From: Candidatus Zhuqueibacterota bacterium
GTDB taxonomy: Bacteria > Zhuqueibacterota > Zhuqueibacteria > Thermofontimicrobiales > Thermofontimicrobiaceae
DNA: 64,000 nt
NCBI GenBank assembly: GCA_049322915.1
Contig: JBMOPW010000036.1
Coordinates: forward strand, 64,001-128,000
Reading direction: 5' to 3'
The notes under the pieces were generated by a model, which did not search any database, was not told the origin of the DNA, and saw only the letters and a list, made by a program, of their open reading frames with translations. The translations under genes and the position numbers were made by a program. Positions 1 through 10,609 of the stretch are shown here, one piece after another (positions within the stretch are counted from its first letter, which is position 1; each line of letters opens with the position of its first letter).

Positions 1-28
1 GACGCGAAATGCGATTCGCCGGAGAGCC

Positions 29-3000
29 GTGGCCAACACCCAATACTTATCATTTGACAAGGTTGGATGCGTGCATCAATATTTTAATAGATTAAAAGAA
101 CGCGTTGGTTTGCTGGGCAATCACCACCAGAAATATATTCACACCATTGAACTCCACATGGACGGGATGGTGGAGAGCCTGGAAAGGGCAGGCAAAATTG
201 AAGAAATTCACTTGTGGCGAGGCTCAATACAACCTCGCCAGGAGATGGAAATTATACTCAACGTCGCTCGTTCATTCGAAGAACGACTGACATATCTCGC
301 CTGTTATTATTCCCTCCAAATTTTACATCTGAACCTTCGGTCCATTGATGTGTTGATGTTGAATCTCACGGCTGCAGAAGATCGCATTTCCATTTACAAA
401 CAGTTCATGTTGAATACCGGCGCTGAGTTCAGGAAATTAACCGCAGCCTACATGCAGACGCTACTGGAGCTATTTTCCAATTCCACGCCGCTGCCAGCTT
501 TCACCATGTTGGGTGTGGGCAGTCTCGCCCATCAGGACGATATCGACGTGGGCGTCATCGACGATGGCTCCCAGAACCGGGAAGCGCTCAATCTGGTCAT
601 TGGCCGTGTTCGAAAAGAGATGTTCAAATGGGCCACGGAATTGCATTTCTATCTCTCAGAACATGTCGGCAGTCAGTTTTATACAGCGTCCATCGATGAG
701 TACAAGAATTTGCTGGACGAGAAATTACAGGATTTTGTCATCATCAGCGAAATGCTCAGCGCTGTCCCCATTCTGGGCAGCACCGCGCTGTTCGAGACGT
801 TCGAGCAGGAGATCACCCATCGCTATCATTTTCACAGCAACCGGGATAACAAGTATCATGAGGGATATTTACGGGGGATCCTCGGTGAAATTCGATCGTT
901 CCTGTTTCGGCAGATCAACGAGGACAAATTAAATCCCAAAGATGACGCTCTTCGGATGATTTCCGGCATCATCTTTTCCGGCAAGACCATTTTCCGAATT
1001 TACCGCGGCAATCGTTGGGATGTATTGGCGCAGCTCGCCAGAAAAGATACCAGTCGCCGGCACCTGTATCAGAATCTGGAGAATTCGCTGACATTCATGG
1101 AGATATTCCGGCACCTGTTTCAACTGTATGTCGGGCTTGAAGAAGAGGTCAATCTGGACGACGAGAATGTGCCGGAGTATATGTCACTTGTCGCCAGGAC
1201 TCTCGGCTATCGCGATGTTGGGGCAATCAGCGCCTGGGACCATCTGTTGATTCACTACCACGAATATGTGGAATTGGCGCGTCATACGTGCAGCCGGCTT
1301 CTGGGCGATGTGACGGAGCATATTAAATCGGTCAGCATTTTTGCCGATAAAATCAAATCAGCGTGGTACCCGGAACCGTACCGCAGTTATCCCGGCAATC
1401 TTGCCATTGACTTTCTGAAAATCTCCGGCTTTTTCCGCGGCACTAAATTTTGGGACGATATTCTGGAAGCCCTGGAGGCTGAAGACAGTCATGTGCTGGA
1501 AAATTTCGTCAATGATTTCAAGTTGTTGAAACCGCGCTATCAGCAGATTTTGTTCGAGAAATATGGTCGGACGGTTCAGTACGCCATTCTGCCGATGATC
1601 TCCTTCCTGATCATTCTTTCGAAAAACAAGCGAAAACTGGATATCGAAAATTTATTCGACTGCTTCAATCAGGAGTTTTTGAAAAATCTATGGCGCTGTG
1701 ACAACAGAATTGTTCGCCTGACCAATGTGTTTTATCAGGATCCGCAACTGGTCAATACCTATTTATCCATGCTGGAAGTACCGCAGCAACGGCAATTTGC
1801 AGATGTACTGCACGGCGATTTGTGGGAGGCGGAACAGGAACGGCCGCGAGAATTGCTGCTGAATTTGTGCGAGTTGCACTCAAATACCAGTCATTATTTC
1901 AAACGGTTTTTTACACGGGTCGTGTCCAGGTACCCGGAGTACATAAAATATCTGAAGGACACAGCGTCGTTAGCGCAATTCTCCCAGGGCTTCTTCGGAA
2001 GCATTCAGAGTCTCGACAGTTACGAAGATAAAAAAAATCAGTTGGGCGATTATCACGATCTGGAATTTTTCCGCGTGGGATTGGACGCGCTGCATGGAAA
2101 GCCCATCGAACAGATTGACGCCGAGTTCACCGAGTTTTCCGATTCATACATGCAGTTGCTGTTCGATATTTGCAAGCAGTCCGTGAATGAGCAAATTGGG
2201 GGACCCATTGCCACGCGCGACCTGATCGCCATTTACACGGCTGGCGGCTACGCGCGCGAGCAGGCATTCGATGATGATTATGATTTGATCATCATGCTGA
2301 ATGAAAAAGATGAGGAAGTCCGGCAGTACTGCAACAGAATTATCACGATGATGAACAGCGAAATTGTCAAACGCGGCATCATGCCGCATTACCGTTTCGC
2401 AGACCATTTTGGCCATTATGTAACGCTCATCGACGACCTGGACGAGTTCTTCACTCAGGAAGACGAAACCACGTTCATCGACAAATCGCAGATGCTCGGC
2501 GCGCGGATGATTGTCGGCAGCACGATATTTCAAAAGAAGTTCGAAGAGCGAATCATCCATCGGCATATCTACGAAAAATGCGATGAATACATCGGACAGA
2601 TGATCGCAGAAATGCAGTCGCGCCATACGGACAAAAGGAATACGGGCAAGAAAAATCTGAATGTGAAGGAGGGCATCGGCGGCCTGCGCGACATCGAAAT
2701 TTTGCTGTTGATTTTTAAAGCCAAATTCAGGCTGACCGATCCGCTCAATCGGAAACTGCTGCAAACGATCTGTGAGTTGGACAAATCGAATAAGCCGGAC
2801 CTGTGTCAGTTGATGCATCATTTCGATTTTTTGAAACGGCTGCGCGATCTTTACCGTCTCACCGTCTCTGCCGGCAATATTCTGAAGACAGAGTACCTGG
2901 GGCAGGCGGCAAAAATTTTCGGCTACTCGGACCAGGAAGGAAAAAGCGCCATCGATCAGTTGGTTCAGGAATACCTGACCTGCACCGAGCAGGTGCACGG

Positions 3001-3061
3001 GATCGTGCAGCGAATGATAGATAAAGTGTATCAGAGGAGTGACGTAACAACGCATGCGTGA
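29..3061 (+). CDS. Divergent GlnE/GlnD-like protein with two Pol-beta nucleotidyltransferase modules
   Basis: 1010-aa ORF. Two G[SG]..DxD motifs (GVGSLAHQDDIDVG; AGGYAREQAFDDDYDL), each followed by a GlnE/GlnD-type helical motif (LNPKDDALRMI; LNVKEGIGGLRDIE). Confidence 0.6.
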   Translation: MANTQYLSFDKVGCVHQYFNRLKERVGLLGNHHQKYIHTIELHMDGMVESLERAGKIEEIHLWRGSIQPRQEMEIILNVARSFEERLTYLACYYSLQILHLNLRSIDVLMLNLTAAEDRISIYKQFMLNTGAEFRKLTAAYMQTLLELFSNSTPLPAFTMLGVGSLAHQDDIDVGVIDDGSQNREALNLVIGRVRKEMFKWATELHFYLSEHVGSQFYTASIDEYKNLLDEKLQDFVIISEMLSAVPILGSTALFETFEQEITHRYHFHSNRDNKYHEGYLRGILGEIRSFLFRQINEDKLNPKDDALRMISGIIFSGKTIFRIYRGNRWDVLAQLARKDTSRRHLYQNLENSLTFMEIFRHLFQLYVGLEEEVNLDDENVPEYMSLVARTLGYRDVGAISAWDHLLIHYHEYVELARHTCSRLLGDVTEHIKSVSIFADKIKSAWYPEPYRSYPGNLAIDFLKISGFFRGTKFWDDILEALEAEDSHVLENFVNDFKLLKPRYQQILFEKYGRTVQYAILPMISFLIILSKNKRKLDIENLFDCFNQEFLKNLWRCDNRIVRLTNVFYQDPQLVNTYLSMLEVPQQRQFADVLHGDLWEAEQERPRELLLNLCELHSNTSHYFKRFFTRVVSRYPEYIKYLKDTASLAQFSQGFFGSIQSLDSYEDKKNQLGDYHDLEFFRVGLDALHGKPIEQIDAEFTEFSDSYMQLLFDICKQSVNEQIGGPIATRDLIAIYTAGGYAREQAFDDDYDLIIMLNEKDEEVRQYCNRIITMMNSEIVKRGIMPHYRFADHFGHYVTLIDDLDEFFTQEDETTFIDKSQMLGARMIVGSTIFQKKFEERIIHRHIYEKCDEYIGQMIAEMQSRHTDKRNTGKKNLNVKEGIGGLRDIEILLLIFKAKFRLTDPLNRKLLQTICELDKSNKPDLCQLMHHFDFLKRLRDLYRLTVSAGNILKTEYLGQAAKIFGYSDQEGKSAIDQLVQEYLTCTEQVHGIVQRMIDKVYQRSDVTTHA

Positions 3062-3818
3062 TGTACAGAACGAAACAGATTTGAGAAACATTGAAATCGA
3101 CAAGGTCGGGGTGAAGAATTTAAAGTACCCGATTGTGCTCAAAGATAAGACGAACGATAATCAGCATACCATTGCCACGATCAATATGTACGTCAATTTG
3201 CCCCATTTATTTCGGGGAACCCACATGAGCCGGTTCATCGAGATACTGAATCGATACCGGCGGGAAATTGACATTCACAAAATGGGGCCGATTTTGAAAG
3301 ACATGAAAGAGAAGCTCAACGCAGCATCCGCCCATCTCGAAATTGCATTTCCGTATTTCGTGGAAAAGAAAGCGCCGGTGTCCGGAGCGAAATCATTGAT
3401 GGGCTACCAGTGCACGCTCATCGGTGATTTGAACCACAACATGAAAATGTGGCTCGGCGTGTCCGTGCCCATTCTGACAGTGTGCCCCTGTTCCAAAGAG
3501 ATCTCGAAATACGGCGCGCACAACCAGCGCGGTGAAATTAAGGCGATGATCGAATTCAGAGGCTTCCTGTGGATCGAGGACGTGATTGAGCTTCTGGAAC
3601 AATGCGCGTCCGGAACCGTGTATTCACTACTGAAGAGAGAAGATGAAAAATTCGTGACGGAGAAATCCTACGAAAACCCAACCTTCGTCGAGGATGTGGT
3701 TCGCAATGCGGCCGTGCGGTTGAACGAGATCAGCAATATTATCAAATACAAAGTCGAAGTGGAGAGTTTCGAGAGCATTCACAATCACGACGCCTATGCG
3801 TGCGTGGAAAAAGAATGA
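3054..3818 (+). CDS. folE2: GTP cyclohydrolase I type FolE2
   Basis: Motifs DVQ..D.R.I.IDKVGV, GTHMSRF, CPCSKEIS.YGAHNQR, LLKREDEK, ENP.FVED, ESIHNHDAYA. Confidence 0.95.
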   Translation: MRDVQNETDLRNIEIDKVGVKNLKYPIVLKDKTNDNQHTIATINMYVNLPHLFRGTHMSRFIEILNRYRREIDIHKMGPILKDMKEKLNAASAHLEIAFPYFVEKKAPVSGAKSLMGYQCTLIGDLNHNMKMWLGVSVPILTVCPCSKEISKYGAHNQRGEIKAMIEFRGFLWIEDVIELLEQCASGTVYSLLKREDEKFVTEKSYENPTFVEDVVRNAAVRLNEISNIIKYKVEVESFESIHNHDAYACVEKE

Positions 3819-3910
3819 CGATTCCGAAGTGTGGTATATTGGGAAATCAATTCTGATGAAGTTAATTTCCAGGCAATTCGTAGAAAAAATAAAAAGTTAT
3901 ATAACTTGAA

Positions 3911-3969
3911 TAGCCCCGACTTTTAAGTCCGGGAACAGAAATTCCCCTTTGATTTTTGGGCTTTAGCCC
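3911..3969. repeat. REP-like palindromic element
   Basis: tagccccgacttttaagtccggg hairpin followed by gggctttagccc palindrome in an AT-rich intergenic gap. Confidence 0.5.
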
Positions 3970-4153
3970 TTTTTTAGCGTGGACTCATTCTTATACTGTG
4001 AAATTTAATTTTATTTTTAAAACCAAATTCAGCTTTTCAGAATCGATTATTTTAAATATTTCTTTTTCTTTGTGTCTTTGAGATTTTGTGGCTGGATAGT
4101 TACCAAATCTAAATAGAAAGTATGATAGAAAACTGAAAATTAAGGAGAATGAC

Positions 4154-4585
4154 ATGGTGCAAAGAACATTAGCGATTTTGAAGCCGGATTGTGTGAGAAA
4201 AGGATTGATTGGCAAAGTCATTAAACGCATTGAAAGCGAAGGATTCAAAATTGTCGCGATGAAAATGGTGAAACTGAATTCGAAGACTGCCGGTGAATTT
4301 TATGCTGTGCACAAAGAGCGGCCATTTTTTTACGATCTGGTGGCGTTCATGTCGTCGGGCAAATGCGTGCCAATGGTGCTGGAGAAAGAAAACGCGATCA
4401 ATGATTTTCGCAAGGTGATCGGCGCAACCGACCCTGCCAAAGCGGACGAGGGAACAGTGCGAAAAATGTACGCCGATAGCAAAGAACAAAATATCGTCCA
4501 CGGATCCGATGCCCCGGAAACGGCTGCCTTTGAAATCAGCTATTTCTTTTCGGGCAGAGAATTGGTTGAAAACCAGGAAAACTAA
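4154..4585 (+). CDS. ndk: Nucleoside diphosphate kinase
   Basis: [22 protein letters not shown] with catalytic His; AAGGAG RBS. Confidence 0.97.
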   Translation: MVQRTLAILKPDCVRKGLIGKVIKRIESEGFKIVAMKMVKLNSKTAGEFYAVHKERPFFYDLVAFMSSGKCVPMVLEKENAINDFRKVIGATDPAKADEGTVRKMYADSKEQNIVHGSDAPETAAFEISYFFSGRELVENQEN

Positions 4586-4599
4586 AAGCGTAAAACATC

Positions 4600-5832
4600 A
4601 TGAAGAAAAAAATACAAGCGTCACGGATGAAAATATTGGTATTGAACTGCGGCAGTTCGTCGGTGAAATACCAGTTGATCAATGGCAGTAATAAACAGTG
4701 GCTGGTGCGCGGCAATATCTCCCGCATTGGTGCCAGCGACGCCGATGTCAGCGAAACGCGCAGCAACGGCAGCCAGGTGAAATACACCAAAAATATTCAG
4801 GATCATGACCAGGCAATTCAGCAGATTCTGGATAACTTATTGAGCAAGCATCTGGGGATCATCAAAGATGTGGCTGAAATTTTTGCAGTAGGACATCGCG
4901 TCGTCCACGGAGGCGAGACGTTCTCTCAGCCCACTCTGATTACAGATGCGGTGATCCGCCAGATTGAAGCGTGCAGTTCATTTGCGCCGCTGCACAATCC
5001 CTCGCAGTTGAAAGGGATTTTAGCCTGCAAAAAACTGTTGCCCGGCGTGCCTGAAGTCGCGGTGTTCGATACGGCATTTCATCAGACAATGCCCGGTTAT
5101 TCATATTTGTACGGACTTCCGTATGAGTTCTATAAAAAATATGGCATTCGCCGGTATGGTTTCCATGGAACGTCACATTATTATGTGGCCCACCGCGTCG
5201 CCGAACTGGCCGGCATCCCCATTGAAAAATTGAAAATCATCACCTGCCATCTGGGGAATGGTAGCAGCATCGCTGCGGTGAATCACGGAAAAGTGCTGGA
5301 TACGTCCATGGGTTTCACTCCGCTGGAAGGTCTGCTCATGGGAACGCGCACCGGTGATATCGACTGTTCTGCTGTCCTCTATCTGATGAAGCAGGAGCAA
5401 TTGACAATCGATCAGGTTGATTCGCTGTTGAATACGCAGAGCGGCGTCAAAGGAATTTCCGGCAATTCCAATGACATGCGCAAAATTATCGAAGCTGCGT
5501 CTCACGGCGATGAACGAAGCCAGCTTGCCTTTGATGTGTTTTGTTATCGCATCAAGAAATATATCGGCGCCTACGCTGCGGCCATGGGCGGCGTGGATAT
5601 GATTGTCTTCACTGCCGGAATTGGGGAGAACGCCTCACTGGTTCGGGCAAAAGCCTGCAGTGGATTGGATTTCCTGGGCGTGGAGTTAGACCAGTTGGAA
5701 AATTCGCAAACCGCTGGCGTTGAAAAACGAATCAGCAAAGAGCATTCACGCGTTCAGGTCTGGGTTGTGCCCACTAATGAAGAACTGGTAATTGCAGAAC
5801 ATACGCTGACTGTGGTGTATGCCGGGCATTGA
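4600..5832 (+). CDS. ackA: Acetate kinase (start may be ATG 4627)
   Basis: ILVLNCGSSS, GHRVVHGGE, APLHNP, RRYGFHGTSH, HLGNGSS, TSMGFTPLEG, FTAGIGEN, PTNEEL. Confidence 0.97.
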   Translation: MKKKIQASRMKILVLNCGSSSVKYQLINGSNKQWLVRGNISRIGASDADVSETRSNGSQVKYTKNIQDHDQAIQQILDNLLSKHLGIIKDVAEIFAVGHRVVHGGETFSQPTLITDAVIRQIEACSSFAPLHNPSQLKGILACKKLLPGVPEVAVFDTAFHQTMPGYSYLYGLPYEFYKKYGIRRYGFHGTSHYYVAHRVAELAGIPIEKLKIITCHLGNGSSIAAVNHGKVLDTSMGFTPLEGLLMGTRTGDIDCSAVLYLMKQEQLTIDQVDSLLNTQSGVKGISGNSNDMRKIIEAASHGDERSQLAFDVFCYRIKKYIGAYAAAMGGVDMIVFTAGIGENASLVRAKACSGLDFLGVELDQLENSQTAGVEKRISKEHSRVQVWVVPTNEELVIAEHTLTVVYAGH

Positions 5833-6174
5833 TCTCGTTTCCTGACACAGGGCCATCTGAATCGGATTCGGTCACAGGAGCCGAGTGAGAGGTATTGGCC
5901 GTGAGGCAGAGCGCAACGCTGTTTCATCATGACTGCTTTTTGATGAACCTGACCTGGACAAGCCGGAACCAAAAAAGAAATAGAACGCTGATTACGCTGA
6001 AGTATGTTAAGGATTGAATGAAAATCCGGCCCGCTCTGCCAGTTTCGTGCCGGCGGAGACATTGCCGGCGGAGTTCCCAACAGCAATGTCGTTGTTCCAT
6101 CGAAGGACTATTTAAATTGTACCCATGACAGGTAATCCCTGTCGATCGCACAACTCAAATAGGGCGATGAAACT

Positions 6175-8238
6175 ATGAGCCAGGTCAATGTCTTAAACCA
6201 AAAGTGCCGCCGATGTTACACATGCATTCAACTATGTCCGGCAAAGGCGATTAAGCGGGAGAAGGGCAACATCCAGATCATGCACGAGCGTTGCATTCTG
6301 TGTGGCAACTGCATCAAATGGTGCCCGCAGCGCGCTCTGGTGTACACCAGCGGGATCTATCAGGTGAAGGAATTCATCAATAATAATGAAAAGATCATCG
6401 CCTGCCTGGACCCGACGTTCCCTGCGGTTTTGGACGTGGCAACACCGCGGAAACTGGTGACGTCGCTGAAGAAGTTGGGATTCACCGAAGTCTGGGAGGG
6501 AGCCATTGGCGCGGAACTGATTGCCGGCAAATATCGCCAGCTTCTTCATAGCGAAACAGGTCAAACGATCATCTCCTCGTTCTGTCCGGCGATCGTATTT
6601 TACATTCAAAAATACATGCCGCAGTTGATACCGAACCTGGCGCCCATTGTGTCCGCGATGATTGCCACCGGCAGGCTCGCTCGGGAGATCAAGGGGCCGG
6701 ACTGGAAATTCGTCTACATCACCACCTGCCTGGCTCAGATGGGTGAAATGAATAGTCCTGAAGTTGCCGGCGTTGTCGACCAGGTGATCACGCTGCCGGA
6801 AGTGAGGCAATTGTTGGACGAGGCCGGCATCGATCGCACGCAGCAAGTGGAATCAAATTTTGATGGCCCGAAGCCGTACCTCGGCCGGATAATCCCGGTC
6901 ATCGGCGGACTGTATCGCACCATGGGCGAAGGCTTCGACGTGTTGATGGATGAAATCAGCGTCACCGGCGGGCGCATTCGTTCGCTGCGCGCTCTCAGCC
7001 AGTTGGTGGAGGGCCACATCGAAGCGAAGTTTTTCGATCTGGTATTCTGCGAAGGCTGCGTCGATGGCCCGTTTGTCGATCAGGAAATTGCAGTGCTGGG
7101 CCGTCGGCAAATCATTTCGCGCTACACGAAAGAAGAAATGAGCCATCAAAGCGAGACTGATTTTGAAGTCGATATGTTGAAATATAAACATGTCCCCATG
7201 TCGCGCGAATTTCGGGTGATGGAACAAAATTTACCGATCCCGACGGAGGAGCAGATCGCCGAGATTTTGAAAGCGATGGACAAAATGCCGCCGCACCGGA
7301 ACCTGGATTGTCACGCCTGCGGCTATCCATCCTGTCGAGAAAAGGCCATTGCCGTTGCTCAGGGTCTGGCTGAACTGGATATGTGTCTGCCGTACCTGCT
7401 GGAGCGCACGCGGAAGATTTATCAGCAATTGAGAAAATCGCATCACGAGTTGCAGATTTCCCATCAGGAATTGGAAAAAGCCCAGACCCATTTGATCCGA
7501 TCCGAAAAGATGGCATCGTTGGGCCAGTTAGCCGCAGGGGTGGCGCACGAAATCAATAATCCGCTGGGCACGATCACCATCTTCGCGCATTTGCTGATGA
7601 AAAATATCCCGGAGGACAACCCGGCACGGAGTGACATTCAGCTTATTATTGATGAGGCCAGCCGAACCAAAGAGATCGTTCAGGGACTGCTCAGTTTTGC
7701 GCGGGAGACCAAGCTGCGGCCCGGTTCCACCAATATCAATGATGTGCTGGAAGATGTCCTGGGATTAGTCGTCAATCAGGCCCTGTTTCAGAATATTAAA
7801 ATCAAAAAGCAGTTGGATGAAAATTTACCGACGATTTTCGCCGATTCCACCCAGCTTAAACAGGTGTTTTTGAATATGTTCCTGAATGCGGCCCAGGCGA
7901 TGTCCGGCAATGGAAAGCTGAGCTTGACCACCGGGGTGGATGCAACCGCAGGGATGATTCAGGTGAGAATACAGGACAATGGCCCGGGCATTCCGGACAG
8001 CGTGATGGCAAAAATTTTCGACCCGTTTTTTACGACAAAAGAAAAAGGCACCGGCCTGGGTCTGGCGATTTCGTACGGCATCATTCAACGCCACCACGGC
8101 AAGATAGAGGTGGAAACAGAGTTGGGAAAAGGTAGCACGTTCATCATTTTCCTGCCTGTGATCAAGACAGAAGACGAATTCAAACATCAATCAAGTATGG
8201 AGATGAACGCACCGCAGCACGAACCGGCGCAGACGTAG
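6175..8238 (+). CDS. [FeFe]-hydrogenase-like (sensory, HydS-type) domain fused to an NtrB-type histidine kinase
   Basis: N-terminal 2x[4Fe-4S] (CxxCxxCxxxCP twice). H-cluster-like motifs SSFCPA / TTCLAQMGE / [12 protein letters not shown], FeS motif [11 protein letters not shown], coiled coil, AHEINNPL H-box, N/G1/F/G2 boxes. Confidence 0.85.
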   Translation: MSQVNVLNQKCRRCYTCIQLCPAKAIKREKGNIQIMHERCILCGNCIKWCPQRALVYTSGIYQVKEFINNNEKIIACLDPTFPAVLDVATPRKLVTSLKKLGFTEVWEGAIGAELIAGKYRQLLHSETGQTIISSFCPAIVFYIQKYMPQLIPNLAPIVSAMIATGRLAREIKGPDWKFVYITTCLAQMGEMNSPEVAGVVDQVITLPEVRQLLDEAGIDRTQQVESNFDGPKPYLGRIIPVIGGLYRTMGEGFDVLMDEISVTGGRIRSLRALSQLVEGHIEAKFFDLVFCEGCVDGPFVDQEIAVLGRRQIISRYTKEEMSHQSETDFEVDMLKYKHVPMSREFRVMEQNLPIPTEEQIAEILKAMDKMPPHRNLDCHACGYPSCREKAIAVAQGLAELDMCLPYLLERTRKIYQQLRKSHHELQISHQELEKAQTHLIRSEKMASLGQLAAGVAHEINNPLGTITIFAHLLMKNIPEDNPARSDIQLIIDEASRTKEIVQGLLSFARETKLRPGSTNINDVLEDVLGLVVNQALFQNIKIKKQLDENLPTIFADSTQLKQVFLNMFLNAAQAMSGNGKLSLTTGVDATAGMIQVRIQDNGPGIPDSVMAKIFDPFFTTKEKGTGLGLAISYGIIQRHHGKIEVETELGKGSTFIIFLPVIKTEDEFKHQSSMEMNAPQHEPAQT

Positions 8239-8360
8239 CCGACGACTGCCGGCCGGGGCAAGACGCTCGCCCGGGTGGAATCGAGAGGACAGTCACTGAA
8301 TTTTACATACAATCTTCGGTTTATTAACAACGGTTTTGGTATGAAATACAAGGAGTCGCT

Positions 8361-8768
8361 GTGAGCAAAAAAATCAAAATTCTGTTAGTGGACAATGATG
8401 TCGATATCATCGATCTGAACAAAGCCATTCTTGAAAACAATAATTATGAAGTGGTGACGGCGTTTTCGGGCCGCGAGGGATTGGATAAAATCCGGGTGGA
8501 TAATCCTGACCTGATCGTTCTCGATCTCATGATGGAAAAACACGACTCGGGATTCTCGTTCGCCAAACAGATTAAAGCCGATCCGGTTTATAAATCAATC
8601 CCGATTCTGATGGTGTCATCGGTGGCTGATCAGACCGGCTTCGAGTTCAGCCAGGAAAAAGATGGCTACTGGATGAAGACCAATGATTTTTTGAAAAAGC
8701 CGGTCAGTGCAAGTCAACTCCTGGCCAAGGTGCAGGAGCTATTGAAGAACGCCGGAAAATTGGACTGA
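8361..8768 (+). CDS. Single-domain response regulator
   Basis: ILLVDND..., LIVLDLMM phosphoacceptor, KP motif; GTG start after AAGGAG. Confidence 0.9.
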   Translation: MSKKIKILLVDNDVDIIDLNKAILENNNYEVVTAFSGREGLDKIRVDNPDLIVLDLMMEKHDSGFSFAKQIKADPVYKSIPILMVSSVADQTGFEFSQEKDGYWMKTNDFLKKPVSASQLLAKVQELLKNAGKLD

Positions 8769-8873
8769 TGCAATGGGCGTGTTCGGAATAAAATCAATCG
8801 GCATTGCCCGGGGCGGATTCGCCCTTTCAAAAGAGTATCGATCTGGTCAGCGCAAAATCGAGTGGGGTAGGGC

Positions 8874-10361
8874 ATGACAGGTGTGACAAAAATATTGGTG
8901 GTGGATGACGAACGCGGCATTCGCGAGGGTTGCCGGCGTATCCTTTCCGATGATGGATACACCGTAGAGACTGCCAGCGACGGCAAAGAGGCGTTGGAAT
9001 TGATCAAGCAGGGGAAATACGATTTGCTGCTGGTCGATTTGATGATGCCGGTCATGGGCGGGCTGGAGTTGATGGACGAAGTGGCCCGGATGAAGATGGA
9101 AATCAATATTATCGTGATCACCGGCTTTGCGACCGTTGAAACCGCAGTGGACGCCATGAAACACGGCGCTTACGATTATCTGCCCAAACCATTTTCGCCG
9201 GATCAATTGTTAGCTGTGGTCAAACGCGCCATGGATAATTTCCGCCTGCGCATTCAGGCTCGGGAATTGATGGAGGAACGGGATCGACGCCTGCTGGAAG
9301 TGGCCAATGAAAAATCGAAAATTCGCGCCATCGTCAACTCCATGGCCGACGCGGTGATTGTGATGAACCGCGACCATCAACTGGTGCTGTGGAATCCGGC
9401 TGCCATTCGGTTTTTGAGCCTGAGCCAAAGTCTCGAGGCCGGCAAAGATATCAATCTCGTGCTGCCCGAGGGACTGGTCAAAATCATTTATCGGGCGCTG
9501 GAACCGGAAGCGGTTCGCTACACCTCCATTTCCGAAGAAATCGAATTGGGATCGCCGGAACCGAAAATGTTTTTAGCCAATATCTCTGTCGTGCGGGACG
9601 AGAGCGCCGAAATGCTGGGGGTGGTGACCATCCTCAACGATATTACCAAGCTCAAAGAAATTGACAAAATCAAATCTCAGTTCGTATCCATGGTCGCCCA
9701 CGAACTGCGCGCGCCATTGTCCGCCATCGAGAGCTATCTGGACGCCTATCTGACCAACGCCGCCGGCGAGGATCCGAAGTTCAAGGAGCACATGCTCAAT
9801 CGAGCCAAAGACCGCGCCCATTCGCTGCTCGATTTGGTGAACGATCTGCTTCAAATTTCGCGGCTGGAATCAATGCGCGTGGCGCGTAAGAAAGAGCCGC
9901 TGGACATTTCAATCATTCTCGACAATACGATTGACCTGCTGAGCCCGCAGGCGAATCAGCGGAATATCAAAATCGAAAAAAAATTTTCAGCGCCCTGTCA
10001 ATTCATTGAGGCCGACCGCGCAGAGATGGAACAATTGTTCACGAATCTCATTTCAAATGCAATTAAATACAATGTCGAAAACGGACAGGTGGTTGTCCGC
10101 TGCTCCGTCGTACAAAATTTTCTGGAAGTCGTGATCGAAGATACAGGGATTGGCATCGACGCGGAACACATGGAGGATATTTTCGATGATTTCTTCCGCG
10201 TCATTCGACCGGAGACCCGCTATATTCCCGGCACAGGGTTGGGACTTTCCATCGTGAAAAAGATTCTGGAATCTCACTACGGTCGCATCAACGTGAAAAG
10301 CAAATTGAATGAAGGAACCCGATTTACCCTGACGTTCCCGCTCAAGGGCACGATTGATTGA
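8874..10361 (+). CDS. Hybrid REC-PAS-histidine kinase
   Basis: N-terminal REC (VVDDE..DLMMP..KPF), PAS-like region, AHELRAPL H-box, NLISNAIKYN, DTGIGI, GTGLGL. Confidence 0.9.
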   Translation: MTGVTKILVVDDERGIREGCRRILSDDGYTVETASDGKEALELIKQGKYDLLLVDLMMPVMGGLELMDEVARMKMEINIIVITGFATVETAVDAMKHGAYDYLPKPFSPDQLLAVVKRAMDNFRLRIQARELMEERDRRLLEVANEKSKIRAIVNSMADAVIVMNRDHQLVLWNPAAIRFLSLSQSLEAGKDINLVLPEGLVKIIYRALEPEAVRYTSISEEIELGSPEPKMFLANISVVRDESAEMLGVVTILNDITKLKEIDKIKSQFVSMVAHELRAPLSAIESYLDAYLTNAAGEDPKFKEHMLNRAKDRAHSLLDLVNDLLQISRLESMRVARKKEPLDISIILDNTIDLLSPQANQRNIKIEKKFSAPCQFIEADRAEMEQLFTNLISNAIKYNVENGQVVVRCSVVQNFLEVVIEDTGIGIDAEHMEDIFDDFFRVIRPETRYIPGTGLGLSIVKKILESHYGRINVKSKLNEGTRFTLTFPLKGTID

Positions 10362-10441
10362 GCTTTCGCTGCCGGAATGGATCTCAGTTCGACCTGAGAC
10401 AACAGAGACCGGGATGGACCCACTGTGACGACTGATTCAAA

Positions 10442-10562
10442 GTAACCGGTAACAGGTTCAGGGATCAGCGTTCCCTGATGGGTTTTGGATATGGTTGCGC
10501 GAAACATTTTTTTACGTTATCATGAGTCTTTAACCCTGAACAATGAACCTGTGAACGGTTAC
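10442..10562. repeat. ~120-bp MITE/REP-like element with imperfect 19-bp terminal inverted repeats
   Basis: Left end gtaaccggtaacaggttca. Right end tgaacctgtgaacggttac (reverse complement gtaaccgttcacaggttca). Confidence 0.55.
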
Positions 10563-10609
10563 GATTTAAAAAACATAAAGCTAACATCCATTATTCCGAG
10601 GAAAATATT

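Noticed and set aside
5833..6174. Possible riboswitch upstream of the hydrogenase-like kinase
   Set aside because: Only short repeats (gccggcggag twice; gacattgc/gcaatgtc); no aptamer consensus recognised.
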